Assembly: GCA_001687465.1 (NCBI GenBank)
Contig: LVLI01000221.1
Coordinates: 1 to 39,585 of the forward strand
Length of the DNA: 39,585 nt
Source: Halocafeteria seosinensis
Lineage: Eukaryota
Reading direction: 5' to 3'
Under the pieces are notes generated by a model that searched no databases, was not told the DNA's origin, and saw nothing but the letters and a program-made list of their open reading frames with translations. The position numbers and the translations under genes are program-made. This document shows, one piece after another, positions 1 through 11,448 of the stretch. Positions within the stretch are counted from its first letter, which is position 1. Each line of letters begins with the position of its first letter.

Positions 1-14
1 TTACACGAGAGAAG

Positions 15-36
15 CAACAACAACAACAACAACAAN

Positions 37-103
<67 letters not shown>
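15..103. repeat. Compound microsatellite (CAA)7, an N, then a long (AC)n tract
   Basis: Read directly: CAA repeats 15-35, N at 36, AC repeat 37-103. Confidence 0.97.
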
Positions 104-105
<2 letters not shown>

Positions 106-285
106 AAGTACCGGCTGCAGATGTCTTGCAACCTGCGCTATCGCGTCCTTGCGGAGCCTTAGGAGTGTAAGTTAGGACATCCCAGGATGGGGTTGGCCGT
201 TTTGCTTTATGAAACACGCATAGAGCAAACTGCGTCGGACCTGAGTTTGTTTGGTGTATCAACTTGTATGTATGCTGACAGGAGA

Positions 286-1519
286 ATGGCGGATAGACTA
301 TCGCTCGTCATCCTCCTTGCCCTGGGCACGGGGATACAACTGCTCGGCATGACTGCAAGCGCTTACGAGTACATCCCTCGTCCCTATATTTTAGCTGTGA
401 CTACTCCACCGTCGCCAACAGACATTGAATTGGCTCTGCTGTTAGGTAAGTTAGCGAATCGGATGGTGCTGCTGCTACGGCCTTGTAGCAGGATGACATG
501 ATCTCCATGGATCTCTGCTGCAGTGAGTCCCTCGACGGGTCTGAGTAAGCAAATAGGATCTGCGCCCTATAAACCAATTGGACAGAGCAGCGTTCTCTCT
601 TATTGCGAAGATGTTATGTTTATAGTCGGTACGCCCGTGACTTGTTTTGGACTATGCCTCCCTACTGTTGTGAATGCTGCCGTGTTGGTCCTGCTCAGGC
701 TGGAATCAAGCATATCCGACCACTGCCCTTCTAGGGTTCAACACTACTACGGGAGAATTGATCCATGAAATTGAACTTCCTTTCTTTCAACCCTCAGATA
801 AAACTTCCCCGGCCCCGGCTGGTGTTGCGCGGGCGAACTCTAACTACTTTGTCTTTGGACTGGAGCACGAAAATGGCCCATTGGTGGGAGCGTTCGTGGA
901 TTTTAAGACACATTCACTGAAGAATAAAGTCGTCATAACACACAAAACGAGGTCTTTGGCTTTTGGTTTGTGTAACAGCTCAGTAGCTACCTACTTCCCA
1001 GCAACGGAGAGTTTCATCGTGGGAGTACAGGACAATCATCGCCGCTTCTTCTCCGTGAACATGAACACAGATACCGTCAACGAGTTTGGGACCGGGGACT
1101 TTATAGATGTAGTTGATGTAAGTCGTAGCCTATGTTACCTGCTTTTGTTCGACCTCGGCCCTCTATCCCCATCTGGTTATGCTGCACAGCTGAACATCGA
1201 CGCTGAGAGAGGGAACATGCTGGGGATTGGGACCTTGCATACGCAGTGGGATAATACTCTAAATATCACCGTTATTTCTTTAGCAACGGATTTGAAATTC
1301 CACGCAAAATTCTCGCTCCAGCTCTACGACGGTTTTGGAGAGTTTGGGCCGTTCGCAGTCGCTCCGGACCTTGCAAAAATATACTGGAACCAACTGGGGT
1401 ATCTTGGACGGGCTGACATTAACCTTGGACACGATGTGAGAATCGGCTTCTTGCCAAAGTCTCCAGCGAACATCAGAGCTTTAGAATACTTTCCAACGGG
1501 GGCGCCATATTGTCCCTAG
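286..1519 (+). CDS. Secreted hypothetical protein, about 337 aa, beta-rich (possibly propeller-like); exons 286-445, 524-628, 699-1117, 1190-1519
   Basis: Signal-peptide-like start MADRLSLVILLALGTGIQLLGMTASA. GT-AG introns 446-523, 629-698 and 1118-1189 join ORFs 187-501, 523-768 and 674-1519 in frame. The third intron is in frame with no stop, so it is less certain. Confidence 0.7.
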
Positions 1520-1935
1520 GCATGTTAAGTTCGGATTACAGTGCAACAACTTCTAAATTCGCTCCAGGTAAGCTCCACCGTTGTCCTTCCATCTTCGAGT
1601 AGCACTAAAACACTTGTGACCGAATCCAGTTTAGTCAACGCTGTCCGTTTTCATGAGTTGTACAGAACATAAGTCAAACGTACATGTTCAATGTTTTGTC
1701 ACCTAAGTATCAACCTGCTCTATTCTACCATCACATAGCGCCGGACCGCCGACTGTCACACACTGCCCTGAGGGCCTACACACAGTGTAACACACTGGCC
1801 AAGTTTGAACTCCACAAGGTGGCACCGTTAAGTACCAATGGTCGAGTCGGTTGACCATACACAGAGGTTGAACAGAGCTCATTCTTGTGTGTGGTAAACC
1901 CACCCTAGTACGTGTCTACTTAACTGTGCGTTCTA

Positions 1936-2830
1936 TTGGTGTGGAAAGCCCAAAGCCTTAGCGTAGCAAGCATGGCCGAAGGTCCTGAAGGTAAGGCACC
2001 CTCCACCAATCTCCACGGAGGGGGACGCATACATACATATGTACACGAGGATGCTCATCTCTTCCTGTATGTCTGTATGAAAATCAACTTCTCGAGTGCT
2101 TTGTGCAGACAAGACGAGCTCCTCCTCGAAAAAGCAATACCAATACACACAGGTCGTCCAGGACAAGGACAAGAAGAGGTCGTCGTCAAAATCTAATTCC
2201 AAGAGCGATCAGCACAAGAGGTATGTAGTATGGCTACATTGTGTGGTTGCAAACTATTCAACGGCATTATGAAAAATGCAGCAGAGAGCCCGATGTTCCT
2301 CCAATTCAAACGACCGCTAACCGGCTTTTCCGACGGGTTCGACCGGCTGAGGATTCGCGTTGGGTCTTGAATTATGAGATAGTTCATTGGTGGCTTGCCA
2401 ATTCCATTGAGGGAACCATCGACTGGTAACTCGGGCGCCTCTTCACTTACACTGTGTAGAACCACTGCCAATGGAAACTCCATCACAGATTTTGGACCTA
2501 TTTGTGGTGGTTTTTCCAATTGGTGGGCGTTCCAAAATAAGGAGTACAAAGCAACTCATCCACTGCACCGCCATACAGATAAACTAATCAAGTTGCAGGA
2601 TCCACATGGAGAGGCTGGCTCCAGATTTGTCGTTCACATCGGGGGACACTCAAGCGAATACACTGACATCAAAACGCATCTTCAGAAGTACTCTATGGAG
2701 GTTCCAACGATTGCTTTGGGTCATGTGATCCGGTTGATGGCGGTGCATTATAGCCTTCAGATGCAGAAACTAGGCCTATTGTTGACCAGTATTAACTCAC
2801 CAGCGCGGTCTGTTTTTCTTGAATGAGAAC
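1936..2830 (+). pseudogene. Fragmented coding remnant, possibly a decayed hAT-type transposase
   Basis: ORFs 1936-2196 and 2395-2826 are in the same frame, separated by stops. YVHEDAHLFL resembles the hAT CxxH region. An alternate frame gives EDSRWVLNYEIVHWWLAN, resembling the hAT TRW motif. No TIRs or TSD found. Confidence 0.3.
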
Positions 2831-3438
2831 ACAGGTAGAATGGGAAGTCTCTCCTGAGACGAGTACTCAATGAAGACAGCGGCGTATCTGAACCAAGGCC
2901 CAATGTTATGGACTTAGTCCTCATAACGAATAGCGAGCTTACCTGGTCTGATGTCACATTGGTGAAGTGGAAACACCGAAGTCAAAACAGCCAGCCAGCT
3001 GCAGCCGTAAAAGAATCAAAATATGCGGTAAATTGCAAACCAAAAAGTTGTTTTCCTCCCAGCTGCCATTGAAGCGTATAGAGGGCCTCAACATTCCCCG
3101 CCCCGGAAGGCACGAACGCCGACGTTGCGCAAGTCGCCTCAGCAACGCGTTCCGGGTGTGCCGGCGGCCGTATACATTGATTTTTACACCACTTGCTGCC
3201 TGTGCGCTGCGATAAGGACAATACGTTAACACAAGACAAATAATAAGAAAGAGTCTTCTTCCTCCGGGTGATGCAGCACTGCATCAACAATCCTGACACA
3301 ATTATTGAATTATATACTGTTCTAATCCGTGTATTGTCGTTGGTTTGCATACCAGACTCGCGTGTATATCGATGAGATTAAAGAAGTAGACATTTTTTGA
3401 CATCCAGTTTTCTTTTGTACATTGCGTACTGCCTCAAC

Positions 3439-5269
3439 ATGGACGGCCTTTTCAGCACCGTTAAGGGCCATGTCGACGACATTGTGGAGCAGTGGCTTGC
3501 GCCTGCGGTGGCACAGACCAACACATGGTTCGATCAAACGATCGACTATGCCGTGGAGTACGAGCCTATAGTAGAGCGTACTCTGATCATGCACCGCACG
3601 GATCCGCCGTCTCTGATGATCCAGGACTGGGTGTATCAGCCATTGGACGCGATGAAGTCCGTCCTCTCGGATGGCGCCGGGCTGGACGATTTAACCGCGC
3701 GATACGTGCTGGTTATGTTTCTCACGTACCCTCTGTCGCTCCTCTTCAGGATGATACCTGGTCGAGTGGCCAAGAATATCTACGCGTTGGCCACGGGGGT
3801 GCTCTTGGCTGAATATGTGCTGGGTGTGGGCTGGATCCACGGCGCACTGTCCGCCGGTGTGGCCTATATACTCATGTATATTACCACGTGCGTGCCTTTT
3901 CTTCAGAAATTCGGACATGTTGTGGTATTCTTCTGGATGATGCTGTACATGTGTGTTTCGCACATATATCGCATGAAAGTGGACTACATGGGATGGAGCC
4001 CCGATTTTACAGGTACGACCACCAAGTGACTCGCACTTACCATGAGCATGTATCATACCACACTCACATCTGCACACAGGACCGCAAATGCTGATTACCG
4101 TCAAGATCACTGCGTTCGCGTACAACCTCATTGATGGGACTGCCGACAAAAACCACTATGAAAGTGTCAAGGACGACAGCAAGCAACGTCCCGGGGCGAG
4201 GAAGCAAGCTGAAAGCCGCCTGAGACTCAGCTTGACAGAGTTACCGGACCCTCTCGAGTACTACGCTTGGATTTATCACTATGGTCTCTACTTTGCAGGC
4301 CCGGCGTTTGAGCTACGTCGCTACCAGGAAACGTTGACGGGTGAAGCGTTTCAATATAAGGACGGCGCTTTGACGAAGCAATATAGGTCGGTATTCTGGT
4401 CTTCGGTGAAGGCTGCGCTCTGGAAGCTGGTCCAAGCGCTATCGTTTTTGGTGCTGTTTCAGTTGGCAGCTGCTTACGCACCATTCGCCGATGAGGTAAT
4501 TGAAGGCCGTCTCTTGCAGACCAACGGTTTGCAACTCTTGGAACGCTCGTTCTGGCTGTGGATTTGCTTCGTCGGGTACCAGTGCAAGTACTATTTTGCA
4601 TGGAAACTATCGGAGGGTGGTGCTAATTTAGCGGGATTTGGACTCCAACCTAAGGATAAGAGCATCAAGTCTGGCGAGCTCTCTTCCACGGACTGGGATG
4701 GAATCTCACAAGTAGATGTGCTCGGTTTCCAAACGGCTACCAATATGCAAGCTATGACTCGAGCGTGGAATCAGCGTGTACAATGGTGGCTGGAGCACTA
4801 TGTTTACCGCCGTGCACCGCGGAGTTTTGGTATCAACACTTTTTTCACCTATTTCATATCCGCTTTTTGGCATGGATTCTATCCTGGCTATTACTTGTTC
4901 TTCCTTTCCGTTCCTATTTTCACTGAGTTGGATAAGAAGTTGAGGAAAGTTTTCAACCCTTTGTTCTATGTAGATAAGGACGGTTACCCAACGACATCTA
5001 GTGGAACCGTTAAAAAGGGTATGGAGAGCATCGAAGTAGTGTATCATGTGCTCTGTGTCGTTGTCACAACAGCCACTACTCTGTACTTGGTTGCTTCATT
5101 TGTCGCCCTGGATTGGAAGCTAGCATTGGATGTTTGGCGAAGCTTCTTTTTCGCACCACATTATGCGGCCATCGCTCTCCACGTTGTCATTTCCGCGGCT
5201 TCAATATTAGGTTTGTTGCCAAGAAGCGGAGCTCCGCGCAATACTTCTGAAACGAAGAAAAAGCAGTAA
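3439..5269 (+). CDS. MBOAT-family lysophospholipid acyltransferase (LPCAT/LPLAT/Ale1-like), about 587 aa; exons 3439-4012, 4080-5269
   Basis: Splicing intron 4013-4079 restores DFTGPQMLITVKITAFAYN. Also has FAGP, KYYFAWKLSEG, WN..VQWWL..YVY.R and the catalytic SAFWHGFYPGYY motif, many TM segments, and a C-terminal KKKQ (dilysine ER-retention-like). Confidence 0.95.
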
Positions 5270-5354
5270 AGGTACTAGGTACTGATCTTGCTAATTAATA
5301 TGGCTTGGCGAGAAAAAAAATAAATAAAAAAATGTTCGTTTTAAACGATTCCTA

Positions 5355-7285
5355 TTAAAGTTTATGTACTTCGTACTCCTTTCCCAACTGCAGCGGTGAC
5401 TTTATCTTCCTTGGTAAAGGAGAACCGTCAACCGACTGCAGCGCCAATACAACCGGATTCTTGTCAGATCCAGTTCGATCACCTATCTCCGCGCAAGCAG
5501 AAGCGATGGTGTCAATAAGAGCAGACACCATTAGCAAAACAGGTGAGTCCAAATCTTGGGTTCTGAACCTGGGGATCTTAATCGAAAGGAGGTTGCGTCT
5601 TTGCGCATGCAATAAAGTCATAATTCCAGGGCCAATTATTCTATCTTTTGCCCAATGCCAAAACGCCATCCCCATCTCCGAATGGCAATGAAGCAGTGAA
5701 CTCTCAGTCTTGTCACGTTGCCTTTCCTCTATAGTAGTAGTTACCTCAGGAAAATGCGCGTAGACTAGGCCTTGTATCTCCACAAATGCTGGGTCCCTTG
5801 TTCCAGCTGCCCGTTCTTCAATACGTAGCGCTCCATCCCACAACCTCAGTACCAACGGAAGCTGAGCTGAAATTCTGGCTTCTCCAACACTGCTTTGGCA
5901 ACTGGTTGCCAAGAGATAGTTAGATACGTTAAATGCCTCTGCAAGATTCAAGGCGGCAGACGCCCAGTTTTTCCAAAGGCTAAGATCAATGGTGGATGTA
6001 TGTGTTGTCGATTCCTCAAGTGAGAAAAACTTGCGTATCGCCGGAGCAGGATTTCCTGTTTTAACACCGGTGCTGTCAAATATCCAGCTTTGCCTTTGGC
6101 TGAGGTCTATACTTGGTTGGACCGCTGTACTACGTACACTAGTCACAATAGGCGAAGACACTTTGGCCTTCGTTTTCTCGTTGCTGGGTGTGGCGATGTT
6201 CTGCAAATGGTGTTAACGTTTTGAGCAAGTCTAAATAGCGTTCTAGTTACAACGGCAGTTATACTACGTACCGTTGCAACATGAGCTTGCTCCGATACTC
6301 GGGAATCAGAACGGTTGTTAGATGTACTTAGATCTTCTTGCTTCTTCCCAGAGGTGTGCTCGTGACGCGTTTTTAGATCTTCACCTGAAGCTTGTTTCGT
6401 CTCTGTTGTGTTTGCTCCGGAGACTATTATCTCTGGTCAATACGAGAAAAACCAATAAGTGGACTGTTCGCAAATCGCAAATTGCTTGTCGATATCTTAC
6501 CATTAGAGTTCTGCTCCGGCTTCCGGGTAAGTGTAGACTTCCGTGGATATTGTTCTGCCTTAGCGGATTCGCTGGTGCCGCTATGCGCGGAAGCCGTGCT
6601 ACCTGTAATGACGGTTCGACCGAGTTGTGAGAAACTGAGGTACTTAGTGCGTTGGGAAAACATCGGACGTACCGTGAAAAGTGCGATCTCTGTTAGGAGC
6701 CGCAGGAGACTCATTCTTTTGTGTACCCTTAGTGACAGCGGGTGGCGACTTCGATATGGAACCGTTAGTCACAGTACGACTGGTAGCAGTAGTAGCAGAA
6801 GATGCGCATGTTGTAACCGAAGTGGCCGAACTTGCTGCTTGATGTGGCCGCTTAACATCTGAGCTTTCCAAAGGAGTCGACTTTGGGGTACCTGGTTTTG
6901 GTGTACACATGAGATTCGCCTTTGTCGCATCGCTGTTTGGTGACGTGGAGGTGCCCGTATTTGGTTTTGGCGCAGACTCGGTACTAACAGCAGAGGGGAT
7001 AGGCGCTCTGCGGGACCCATTTAGAGGTCTCTCGGAATGATAAGAACTCACGCCACCTCTCCCCCCTCTCCCCCTTCCCCGATTGTTTCCGCCTCCTCGA
7101 TANCCGTTTGTCCTCCCCCGGCTGCCTGAATTTGTGTAGTTGGAAGTGTCTCGCGAATGAGCGTTTGTGGTNACTGGCATTGCCGTTGTAACCTTAGCGG
7201 TACTTGTGTCTTTTGACATTTTTGTATCCGAAATCTGAGAAGTATCCTTGTTCAGCTGAGTTGAGTGGGTGGAGGAATTGGTCAT
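5355..7285 (-). CDS. Hypothetical protein, about 573 aa, with an RGG-box, S/T-rich disordered N-terminal half and a folded C-terminal domain; exons 7285-6673, 6602-6501, 6432-6272, 6200-5355
   Basis: Introns 6603-6672, 6433-6500 and 6201-6271 (GTACGT/GTAAGA donors, CAG acceptors) give a continuous frame. Contains RGGGNNRGRGRGGRGG. Two Ns at 7102 and 7172. Confidence 0.8.
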
Positions 7286-8035
7286 AGTGTCTTCGAAGCC
7301 TTTTGCAAAACGTAGGAGAGGTTTCACTCGGCACTCCAAGGGTTGAGCTCTGTTCAGGTCTTGTATTCAGTTCTTGCTGTTTTCTGTACACATACACATG
7401 CGCGTTAGCACAAAATAGATCAGTTTTTCGGGAAGGGGAAAGAATTCATCTCACGTCACACACCACGCCTTCACCCATTCAAATTGCTGTCACCACCAAC
7501 AGGCTGAATTACAATACCCTTGTCACAGCATCAGATGACCTTGTATGTCTACATCGAGCTGACACAATGGGAGAAAGAGAAGGCAGAGTGGCCACAAATG
7601 AAAACAAGAAACATGCCCCATTACCGGCATGTACTCGCCTACTTTAGCTTACCCGCTACTCCTCTGATACCGCTTTATACAGTCTTGCCATCCGTTAAAA
7701 GCAATCTATGCCAGAGTGTAATAACGACCCTGTAAACATGGTCAATGACCTGGGCTTTCTTCTTCAGCTCCTGAGCCGTTTCATGTCAATTGAACGAAAA
7801 GTTCGCTGCTTTTTTAGCTGGAATTCAAATTCGAATCGACTCCCACCCTAGCCCGGACGGAAGGAAAGCAAGCCAAGTGCCAACAGGAGAATAGTACTGG
7901 CGGTGTGATCAGCGTCGTACGAAATAATCGCGAGTTTGTATGGTATGTGGGAATGTAAGAATTCCCTTGGGACTGTCTGTCGTTCAGAGGTGGTCTATTC
8001 ACGCACACCCTTCAATGGTAGCTGGATGGTGCACA

Positions 8036-9593
8036 ATGAGTGCCCATAATGCACTATTAGAGATAGTGGATGACCAGGATGTCATCCACGACATGATTGA
8101 ATATGTCCCGTTCATGTATGATCAGGAAGGAGAGGAGCAGGAGGACGCCATTCCTACGCCTTCCAAGCTGTCCCGGACCTCCTCCCTACAACGCAACGAC
8201 AGTCACGAATACAGGTATAGACATACAAGCGATTCCTCGGACAGGGAACAAGTGGATGCTAGTGTCACTGAAACAGTTCCTGACTGCAGGAGTGCCAGCA
8301 ATGGTGCTGCTGCAGTCAACAGCGGTGTCAAACGCACACGCTTGGAATGGGAACGCAGTGTTTTTGCAGATTCCATGACAATCACCCAGGAAGTTACAAG
8401 ACCGACACAATGGAGTCATTCCTTCCCCAAGGTAAGTGATCGCGACATGGCGTAGATGGATTCCAATGAAATGACGTCAGTGGCACCTAGTCTACAGGTT
8501 TCCCAGACTCCAGATCCATTGCAGACTGAGGCCTACCAACAAACAAAGACAAAGCCGAAGCAAACACAAGAACCCAGAGCGCATTCTTCAATACGTTTGC
8601 TTCCAAAGGCCAAGAAACGACAAAGCGCAGTTTCCAGCCATAGAGCGTGTAAAAAGGAGAGCCGGAAGCAGCCAAGCTTTCAACACGTTTCAACTAGTGA
8701 GACTGTTTCGGTTACGTCTCTGTTTAAACAATCGAGAACTGAAAAGCGTAGCAGCTCTGGATCATCGGATGCTAATACTCCCTTGAATCGTCGATCCGAT
8801 CAAACGGTAAAAGCAACAGACGTTTGGAAGAAACCACGTAGCTCGCAACAGGAAGTTTCGGTACCTCCTCAAAAACAGGAAAGCAACATCCCAAACGGTA
8901 AGTGGCATGTATGTGGTTCGTAATCCTTATAGTACTATTCGTTTTTGCTCTGGTGCACGGTTATACTTGACTGCCTCAGAATGTCAATCACTGACACAAA
9001 TGTTTCGCGGTTCCAACGTGCTGAGCTCACGAAGAGTGCAGCCAACAAGCTGCACATCACAGAATGGTGGAGGTTCTATTCCCACACTAATTCAAAAGTG
9101 GGAAGCAAGTAGAAGGACAAGACAGCACGATGTCACCACATTGAAGCGAAAGACGGATTTCACCAACGCTATGCATGCCAATTGTGACTGCAGTAGCCGT
9201 TTTCCTAGTAGAGGGTGTCAATCCTGCAATATCACTGAACACCAGTGGCTGGCTACTGAACCTTATTTTGATTCAACGATAATGCGTTTTTTGTGGACGA
9301 ATTCAAAGCTCAAACGTCCTTGGATTCTGTTGCGCTGTACGGAATACCATGTACACTCCAAATATTGCCTCGCTTGGTGCACAGTTTTGGATTGTCCGCC
9401 ATCAAGCGTTCAGAGTTCATCTGCTCAGATTACTCCCGAAATGGAGATAGGGTTGCTATGTCACGCTGCAGATGTTTCAGAGCACAATGTAGCCGCTGCA
9501 GGGGCATTCAGACTGTGGGGTCCATGGAGTCTGTTAAGGTGCCCCAGTAGTTGTACAACGTTCATTGTGGGTTCCGACCTGGTGCCTGTATAG
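8036..9593 (+). CDS. Hypothetical protein, about 469 aa, disordered N-terminus and Cys/Trp-rich C-terminal domain (possible OB fold); exons 8036-8431, 8498-8897, 8980-9593
   Basis: Introns 8432-8497 and 8898-8979 (GTAAGT...CAG) join ORFs 7940-8455, 8456-8923 and 8907-9593 in frame. Confidence 0.8.
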
Positions 9594-9610
9594 TAAAATC
9601 TTGATCCTTA

Positions 9611-11159
9611 TCAATTTTCGGAAAGCTGATAGTTGGCATCAAACTGTTGCTTTTGTAAAGCAATGCTGGTCTCCTGTAGTCGTTTGCGACTTTCCTCTAG
9701 CTGCCGCTTGAGTTTAGTCACATTGCTGCCGGTGGACAGCTGCTGCACGAGCTCCTGGACTTCCTTTTCTGAGAGCAATGGATGGTCGCCTTGGTCTTTG
9801 AGCACTGGAGCTGTTTTTTCTCTGCGTTTGGGTGCTGCTGGTGACGTGCGCCCGTTCAATGGGGACTCTTGAATAGTCCTATGCTGAACTCCAGCACTTG
9901 GCTTCGTTCCTCCGCGAGCAGGAGACTCCTTAGAGGCACTCTGGAATTTTGGCTTTATTCGTTTCAGCCCGCTCCCCGTTTGAATAAACTCTTGCTTAAA
10001 TTGGTGTGTATCGTCTATGTGTAGCTCGTCCTCTTGGAATCCATCATTGTCGACACTATTCCCAGGGTCATGCGCTCCAACTATGGGAGCGTATCCTTCG
10101 GCTCGTGCTCGCGACAGTTGCTGTCCGTATGCCAAGGGTGATGAAGACTTAAGCCGCTTTTCGTAGCCCGTTCCATATCCAACCGCACTCCCAGCTCCGT
10201 AGTAAGGATCATGGGTTGTAAACTCAATAGTCGTCGTTGGCTGATCCGTGGTTAATTTGTCGGCGAAGTCGGGGCCAAACATTCCAGAGTACCCTGCTAT
10301 TGGTATTCTCCCAGAGGATACCATCGATAGACTAGTTGTCGCGAAACTGAATTCTGTATTTTTCCTTTGCCTTTCGTTGTCTCGGTGTGGTAAGTCGGAT
10401 CGTAAAAATTGTCCAAAGTTATCTTGATCGAGGTGCTGGGCTGCTTCCTTCATTTCCGACGTTACGGCACTATTCGTGTAATGCCTCCAGCGGCTGGGAT
10501 CTGTAGAATGATCATACTCCCTGGAGGCCCTCTGTATTTCATCCACAGATGAGGACATTGTATCCTTTTGTTCTGGGGTCGCTTTTGTCCGACTACTCGA
10601 AGTGCCCTGTGCCTGGAAACTTGAATCCGTCGATATTCCTGGTCGCTTGGACGAGTCTCCTGAGACAGTATTCGACTTCTTTTTCTGCCCATAGGTCTTA
10701 TTTCTCCAATACCGCCTTTGCAACGCAGTATTAGAGAGGGGCTTAGACCTATTTGCGTTTATTCGTTCCGTCACTTCCGATGGTTCTACCTGCTTGGGGA
10801 GCTTGGTAGGAAACGCTTGAATGCTGCAATCCCGCCAAGACAAATAGAGGACTCAGAGGCGACGATTGCTTCTCTTGACATAGATGTTGAGATACATACC
10901 TGGGACCGTTCTTCCCGAGGAAATCTTCGATACGGTCCTCCAGATGATTGAGTTCGTTGTCCGTCATGGTCCGGTTTTGTGCCCCGTTGGTCTCCTCTGC
11001 CTCTGCGGGAGTATCGGTCTCTACGGCCATGCTTTTGACCTTTTTCCGTCGCTGCTTCTGCTTCTGTGCTAGCTCGGATTGAGTATGTGTCGCTACACCG
11101 GGACTTGGAGGGAGCTTGGGCAGCGTAGAGCTTTTCTTGGCGGACGATCTGAGTGGCAT
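9611..11159 (-). CDS. Hypothetical low-complexity protein with C-terminal coiled coil, about 490 aa; exons 11159-10900, 10823-9611
   Basis: Phase-2 intron 10824-10899 (GTATGT...GCAG) joins ORFs 10749-11201 and 9611-10843. NLS-like KQKQRRKK near the N-terminus; heptad-like C-terminus. Confidence 0.8.
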
Positions 11160-11448
11160 GGTTTCCAAAACCGCATACGGGGTACAAAACAGGAAAGTCA
11201 CGCTATTTGTACCAAGAAGAGTTCATTGTCAAAACACTTGATGTATCAAACAGATCGACAACAATCTAGGCATATACCTTTTTAATGCATTACCTATGCT
11301 CCTATATGTGAGTCCGGCACTTCACGAAGGAATGCCGTTTAAAACTTTCAGTAGCGATAGTGTTATCGAATTTAGCGTTTTTGCACCACTTTACCAGCGA
11401 TGAGATGCAGTGTACTGTGGTAGACCTTGTTAAATTGTATTGTCTGAA

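Noticed and set aside
8453..8458. TAG immediately followed by an in-frame ATG, suggesting readthrough or an alternative genetic code
   Set aside because: Both codons lie inside the 66-nt intron 8432-8497. All confident genes in the window use standard stop codons.
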